DNA of 64,000 nt from Gemmatimonadaceae bacterium (lineage in GTDB: Bacteria > Gemmatimonadota > Gemmatimonadetes > Gemmatimonadales > Gemmatimonadaceae): contig JBHYGA010000004.1 of NCBI GenBank assembly GCA_051859245.1, positions 288,001 through 352,000 on the forward strand, in the 5' to 3' direction. The position numbers were made by a program, and so were the translations under genes. Of the stretch, positions 59,060-64,000 are shown in pieces. Within the stretch, counting starts at the first letter, position 1; the number at the start of each line of letters is the position of its first letter. Under the pieces are notes generated by a model. It did no database searches, was not told the DNA's origin, and saw nothing but the letters and a program-made list of their open reading frames with translations.

Positions 59060-60468
59060 GCATGGATCGTCGAACGTTCATGCGCCTCTCGGCGGCCGCG
59101 CTGGCGGGTGCGCCGATTGCTGAAGCAGCGTTTTCTGGTGTCACGATTGCTGGTGAGCCGATGCGTGGCCGTCGCAGATTGCTCACAAGTCGCGACACCA
59201 TCGTGCTGCCGTCGCGCGCGCAACTCGACTGGCAGCGCGACGAACTTGCCATGTTCATTCATTTTGGTGTGAACACGTTTTCAAACCGTGAGTGGGGCGA
59301 CGGCAAGGAAAGTCCGAGCTCGTTCAACCCCACCGCGCTCGACGCTCGGCAATGGGCGAGCTCCGCACGCGCCGCCGGATTTCGCGCCATGGTGCTCACG
59401 GCCAAACATCACGACGGCTTCTGTTTGTGGCCTACTGCCACCACAGAACATTCCGTGCGCAGCAGCCCGTTTCGCGGTGGCAATGGCGACGTGGTACGCG
59501 AGTTTGTCGACGCATGTCGTGCTGAAAACCTTCGCGTAGGACTGTACTTGTCGCCGTGGGATCGCAATGCGCCGAGTTACGGTGATTCGCCGCGCTACAA
59601 CGATATGTACATCGCGCAGCTCACCGAACTGCTCACGCGCTACGGCGCGATTCACGAAGTGTGGTTTGACGGCGCCAACGGCGAAGGCCCGAATGGCAAA
59701 CGTCAGACCTACGACTGGCCGCGCGTGTGGGGCAAGGTGAAGGAGTTGCAGCCGCAGTCGGTGATCTTCTCTGACGCGGGCCCTGATGTGCGCTGGATTG
59801 GCAACGAGCGTGGTGTGGCCGGCACCACCAACTGGTCTACGGTGAACCCGTCAATTGTGCCGTATCCCGGCATGTCGGGTGACGAAGTCATGCGTTCGCT
59901 GCAGGACGGTGACCGCGACGGCACGGTGTGGCGGCCCGGTGAAACGGATGTGTCGATCCGTCCGGGGTGGTTCTATCATCCGGCCGAAGACGCACGCGTG
60001 AAATCCGTGGATGATCTGGTGGAGATCTATTGCACGAGCGTGGGGCGCAACTCGAAGCTGTTGCTCAATGTGCCGCCCACGCCGGATGGAGTGTTGCACT
60101 CGGTGGACGTGCAGCGACTCGCAGGCATGCGCGAGAGACTCGACGCGATGTTCGCGCAGAATGTCGCAGGCGGTACGCGTCGCTGGCGCGTGCCAAGTGA
60201 CACTGCAGCCGTTCACACCGTGCAATTCGCACGGGAAGCGCCGGTGAGCATCGTCGATCTCCGAGAGGACATTACGCAGGGACAGCGTGTGGCCGAGTAC
60301 ACCCTCGAGGCGCTCGTTGGGGACAGGTGGCAGGTGCTCACACGCGGAACAACAATTGGTTATCGCCGCATCGAGCGGTTCCCAATCGTCACCGTTCGTG
60401 GCCTGCGCGTGAGCATCTCCGATGCTCGGCACCGACCGGAGCCCATACAGATTTCAGCCTTCGCGTAA
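59056..60468 (+). CDS. Alpha-L-fucosidase (GH29), Tat-exported
   Basis: DRRTFM Tat motif; AKHHDGFCLW, YLSPWDRN, EVWFDGA, SIRPGWFYH. Confidence 0.93.
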   Translation: MSMDRRTFMRLSAAALAGAPIAEAAFSGVTIAGEPMRGRRRLLTSRDTIVLPSRAQLDWQRDELAMFIHFGVNTFSNREWGDGKESPSSFNPTALDARQWASSARAAGFRAMVLTAKHHDGFCLWPTATTEHSVRSSPFRGGNGDVVREFVDACRAENLRVGLYLSPWDRNAPSYGDSPRYNDMYIAQLTELLTRYGAIHEVWFDGANGEGPNGKRQTYDWPRVWGKVKELQPQSVIFSDAGPDVRWIGNERGVAGTTNWSTVNPSIVPYPGMSGDEVMRSLQDGDRDGTVWRPGETDVSIRPGWFYHPAEDARVKSVDDLVEIYCTSVGRNSKLLLNVPPTPDGVLHSVDVQRLAGMRERLDAMFAQNVAGGTRRWRVPSDTAAVHTVQFAREAPVSIVDLREDITQGQRVAEYTLEALVGDRWQVLTRGTTIGYRRIERFPIVTVRGLRVSISDARHRPEPIQISAFA

Positions 60469-60565
60469 GGCAAAGCGCGAATGTCGTGAATTCGCTCTCA
60501 AACACGCTAGTACAGAGACGACGGATGGGACGTCGGATCTGACAAATCATGTTTGAGGTCGTGCG

Positions 60566-60742
60566 ATGTTTGGTTCGTTCAGGAAGTTACAGCGCGATGC
60601 CTTCGCGCCGATTGTTGAGCTCGCGAAGCAGCGTCAGGGTTACGAGCGCCAGGTATTTCTCGAGGAGCTTCGGCGGGATGCGCCGACTGTAGCGCCGCTC
60701 GTTGAAGCGATCATCGCGGAGGAAGGTGGGCGCTCCGCGTAG
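60566..60742 (+). CDS. Small hypothetical protein (58 aa, not in the ORF track)
   Basis: GAGGT RBS, ATG..TAG; amphipathic helical sequence. Confidence 0.55.
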   Translation: MFGSFRKLQRDAFAPIVELAKQRQGYERQVFLEELRRDAPTVAPLVEAIIAEEGGRSA

Positions 60743-60776
60743 CGTCCCCTGTGAGGTTCGCCGTGCATATCGTGCG

Positions 60777-61193
60777 CTACACGTCGTGCGGAATTGGGCG
60801 GCTATCTGGCTGCATCGCACCCGCGACATTGCCCTCGGTATCGCGAAACCATAACAGGTGACCAACCGTGGGAATCGTGGCGACTGGCATGAGAATCGTG
60901 CCGCCCGCCGCTACAATCTCACGTTCGGCGGCGGCGATATCGGCCACCGTAATCGTGCATTCGAATCCCGTCATGCGCTCACCGGCCACCAGCGACCGTC
61001 GCTCTTGCAACGAGCCGTTCACCGCGGGTGCATTCGGAGCTGAACCGGTCTCGATCATGAAAAAGCCCGGCGGCCCCCAGGCGTTGAATCGCCAGCCAAA
61101 CACCCGTCCGTAAAAGCGCTGCGCGCGATTCACATCGTCGGCGTTGATCGCGAAGTGGCGAACCGGTGATGCAGGATTGGCGGGCTGAGACAT
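60777..61193 (-). CDS. VOC/glyoxalase family protein
   Basis: HFAINADD..AQRFY..VFGW, IPTVG..FRDTEGN. Confidence 0.9.
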   Translation of the reverse strand: MSQPANPASPVRHFAINADDVNRAQRFYGRVFGWRFNAWGPPGFFMIETGSAPNAPAVNGSLQERRSLVAGERMTGFECTITVADIAAAEREIVAAGGTILMPVATIPTVGHLLWFRDTEGNVAGAMQPDSRPIPHDV

Positions 61194-61292
61194 GGTCGCT
61201 CCGGAAAATCGCTATGGCGAAGAGGCTCGTTCAGGGACGCAGCCAACGTAGCGCTTACCCTGAACAGCACGCTTGCGCCAAATTGACAAGAT

Positions 61293-62051
61293 ATGTCGAA
61301 AAGCCGCCAATCCACCGTGCTCGTGCGCACCAGTACCGTGGGATTCAGCGCTGGATACCGCTGGCGCGCGCGCGGGAGTGCTTGGGGGCAGCTCGTGTGG
61401 GCCACACTCGGCGTGATCACCGTAACCGTCGATGACCTGCTCTGGGTGGTTCCACCACGACAGGCACTCTGGTTGCCGCCAAAGACGCCGCACGAAGTAG
61501 AGATGGCGGGCCGAGGTGTGCTGCGGTCGATGTATATCGTACCAGCCCGATGTCGGCGACTGTCGCGGGAGCCGCATGTGCTGGCGCTGTCAACACTGCT
61601 TCGTGCGTTGCTGCGCCGTGTGCTTGAGCGTGATACGCTGCACAGCAGGGAGCCTCGCGACGTACGTCTGCTTGGCGTACTCATGGATGAACTGACGGAC
61701 GAGCCGCTCGCACCAATTGAACTGCCCATGCCGTTCGACGCGCGGGCACGCCGCGCCGCCGAGTTGCTGCAGGCGGTGCTGACTGAAGAGCCTGCACTGC
61801 CGGCGGTTGCTTCACACGCAGGCGCGAGCGTGAGAACGCTGGAGCGACTTTTTCACGCGGAAACCGGATTGTCCTTCGGTGTGTGGCGACAACGTGCGCG
61901 GTTCGTACGCGCGATGAAATGTCTCGCAAATGGCGACAGTGTCACTGCCGCAGGATTGGCCGCGGGTTATTCGAGCACGAGTGCGTTTGTGGCAGCATTT
62001 CGCCGCACGGTGGGTGTGACACCCGGACGCTACGTAAAAGGCAAAGAATGA
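61293..62051 (+). CDS. AraC-family regulator with cupin domain
   Basis: WGQL, VPP.QALWLP, RTLERLF.ETGLSF..WRQ, GYSSTSAF..FRR. Confidence 0.92.
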   Translation: MSKSRQSTVLVRTSTVGFSAGYRWRARGSAWGQLVWATLGVITVTVDDLLWVVPPRQALWLPPKTPHEVEMAGRGVLRSMYIVPARCRRLSREPHVLALSTLLRALLRRVLERDTLHSREPRDVRLLGVLMDELTDEPLAPIELPMPFDARARRAAELLQAVLTEEPALPAVASHAGASVRTLERLFHAETGLSFGVWRQRARFVRAMKCLANGDSVTAAGLAAGYSSTSAFVAAFRRTVGVTPGRYVKGKE

Positions 62052-62073
62052 AGCAACGTGTGCTATCGTCCGA

Positions 62074-62661
62074 TCAACGAGTTGGCGGCGAGAGGCGAAT
62101 CACCCGCTCCGCAATCCACGTCCCACTAGTACGCGTGGCGCGTACAATGCCCGAGCCACCGGGTGATTGTTGCGCCGCCCGCACTGCAGGCGTAACACGC
62201 GGATCGCCTTCGAAGAGCACGTCATTCACATAGAAGCCGCGTTTCCCCTTGAACTGCACCACCACGTGCATGTGCGCCGGTTCGGTGCTGCGCGGGTACG
62301 CGCCCGGGCGAATCGAATGCACGGTCACGAACCCCGCCGAGTCCGGATACGCCCAACCGTGCAACGCGCCATGAAATCGCAGGCAACCGGTGGCGCCAGG
62401 AATGGGCGGGTACACGCCCGCGGCGTTTGTGTGGTACACGAACACGAGCAGGTCGCGCAGCGCATCGCCGTTCGGAGCGAGGAACTGTAGTCGCAGCCGC
62501 AAGCGATCACCTGGTTCAGACGGTGCGGCGAGCGTGAGTGTTGACGGCAGCGTGACACTCGGCGGCGCGGGCGGTCGGCACGCCGCGTCGTCGGGCGAGT
62601 TCTGAGCGCATGCGACGGCCGGTATCAGTGAGAACAGCAGGATGCTGATACTGCGCATCAT
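62074..62661 (-). CDS. Secreted intradiol (protocatechuate 3,4-) dioxygenase-like protein
   Basis: EPG.RL, YHTNAAGVY, SIRPGAYP..EPAHMH. Confidence 0.8.
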   Translation of the reverse strand: MMRSISILLFSLIPAVACAQNSPDDAACRPPAPPSVTLPSTLTLAAPSEPGDRLRLRLQFLAPNGDALRDLLVFVYHTNAAGVYPPIPGATGCLRFHGALHGWAYPDSAGFVTVHSIRPGAYPRSTEPAHMHVVVQFKGKRGFYVNDVLFEGDPRVTPAVRAAQQSPGGSGIVRATRTSGTWIAERVIRLSPPTR

Positions 62662-63416
62662 CGTGCCGCCTCGCTGTTCGCTACACGCGCTACAATGTCG
62701 AACTCAAGATGAATGAGATCGTCCACCAGATCATTGGTCAGCCGTGAGCCACGAAACGCCACGCCCCATTGCATACGATCGAGCGTGGCGCGCGCGGTGG
62801 CGTGCAGTCGCGTCGGCTCGTACGACCAGACGGTTGCATCCATACCGAACGCGCGAGTCACACCACGCAACGTGAGCTCGCCGTCGAGACGCACCAGATT
62901 TCCGCCGCGCGAGGTCACGCGCCGAACTTCGAATGCTGCGGTAGGATGGTTGGTCACATCAAAAAAATCGGCCGCTAACAGATGCGTGAGCAGCTTATGC
63001 CGAGCTGAGGTTTCGGCGAGCGGCATGTCCGTGATGGCGATGCTTCGCATATCAATATCAAAGCGCGCACTGCGCAACTCGGCGCGCCGCGCGTTGTAGT
63101 CGAGCGTGCCGCCTTTCAGTCGCACGACACCGGCGTGCGCCCCGCGGCCACCGAACTTGGTGCCGCGCCATCGGACAACGGACTCGGCGGTGTCGACGAA
63201 TGCTCCAGCGTCTGCGTCCGCAACGGTCGACGAGCGCGTGGCGAACGGCGTGGTGTTCGCGGTCGTGATACCAGCTGGTATGTCGCGATTTAACGTGTCA
63301 CGATGCAGCGTGCCACGAGGAGTCGACGAATTATCCGCAGGCGCGGGCTCGGGCAAGGACCGCCAACCCAGAAACATCCCGGCACCTAACAACAACCCGA
63401 TCACCGCTCGAATCAC
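62658..63416 (-). CDS. YceI-family lipid/polyisoprenoid-binding protein
   Basis: S.V.W.G.K..H.G, HL..DFFDV..HPTA.F, G.LTLRGVT; GGAGG RBS before GTG. Confidence 0.88.
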   Translation of the reverse strand: MIRAVIGLLLGAGMFLGWRSLPEPAPADNSSTPRGTLHRDTLNRDIPAGITTANTTPFATRSSTVADADAGAFVDTAESVVRWRGTKFGGRGAHAGVVRLKGGTLDYNARRAELRSARFDIDMRSIAITDMPLAETSARHKLLTHLLAADFFDVTNHPTAAFEVRRVTSRGGNLVRLDGELTLRGVTRAFGMDATVWSYEPTRLHATARATLDRMQWGVAFRGSRLTNDLVDDLIHLEFDIVARVANSEAAR

Positions 63417-63489
63417 GATATCCTCCAGAGGGCAACAAGAGCACGCACTGGTATGGATGCCGCGCACAGCGAATCGGTTTATGCGAGCT

Positions 63490-64000
63490 CTACGCTTCTG
63501 GTTTCACGCGCGCTGCGTGTACAAGTCGGATCATACGGTACAGCTGGTCATCGTTAAACGTGAAGTCCTGCTCCGTGTTGACACGATGCACGAGCACCAG
63601 GCGATGTTTGGGATACACACCGAGCATGTGTACCCCGACTCCCGTGTGATAGAACGATGCACGCGCATCGCCGGCGTCGGGCACGAGAACATCCCAGAGC
63701 ATGCCGTAAGCCAGACCGTACGTGGAGTCGATCACAGAGATCGGCTGCGTGCTCTCGTCGATCCACTGCGCCGGAATCAGCTGACGCCCGTTCCACTGTC
63801 CACGGTTCAGATACAACTGACCAAAGAGGGCGAGGTCGTGCGCCGAGAGACGGAAGTGATACGCGGGAAACTGTGAGCGCTGGCGCTCGTAGCTGCGGAT
63901 TCCGTCCATGCTGAACGGCGGTGACAGGTCGGCAAGCGCATCTTCAACGACCTTGCCATCATAGTCGAGCATGCCAAGCGGTTTGGCGATTTGCTCAGCG
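63490..64000 (-). CDS. Serine hydrolase / beta-lactamase-family protein, 5' truncated
   Basis: LSAHDLALFGQLYL..G.W.G.QLIP.QW, YGMLW, HTG.G. Confidence 0.8.
   Translation of the reverse strand, partial: AEQIAKPLGMLDYDGKVVEDALADLSPPFSMDGIRSYERQRSQFPAYHFRLSAHDLALFGQLYLNRGQWNGRQLIPAQWIDESTQPISVIDSTYGLAYGMLWDVLVPDAGDARASFYHTGVGVHMLGVYPKHRLVLVHRVNTEQDFTFNDDQLYRMIRLVHAARVKPEA

Overview
High-GC bacterial chromosome segment, most likely Gemmatimonadota (inferred from gene content and protein style, not verified). It spans the replication origin: dnaN-oriC-dnaA, then rpmH-rnpA-yidD-yidC-mnmE, with rnpB about 4 kb left of oriC, polA, and a displaced mnmG-SIMPL-parS-parA-parB block about 36-41 kb left. 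The rest is housekeeping, transport and CAZyme genes, a BlaI/M56-TonB pair and a sigma54-driven type IV pilin. An accessory region right after mnmE holds three secreted 6-bladed beta-propeller genes, a coupled Cys/His-rich secreted protein and a vapBC pair. The best candidates for something undescribed are: (1) the propeller + Cys-rich protein module; (2) a family of long palindromic elements built from 8-9 nt periodic units, clustered around parS, with one arm in frame inside mnmE; (3) an rnpA whose conserved N-terminus has no canonical start codon; (4) an internal lipoprotein signal just behind the predicted BlaR autocleavage site. All family calls come from motif recognition by eye; no database searches were run.
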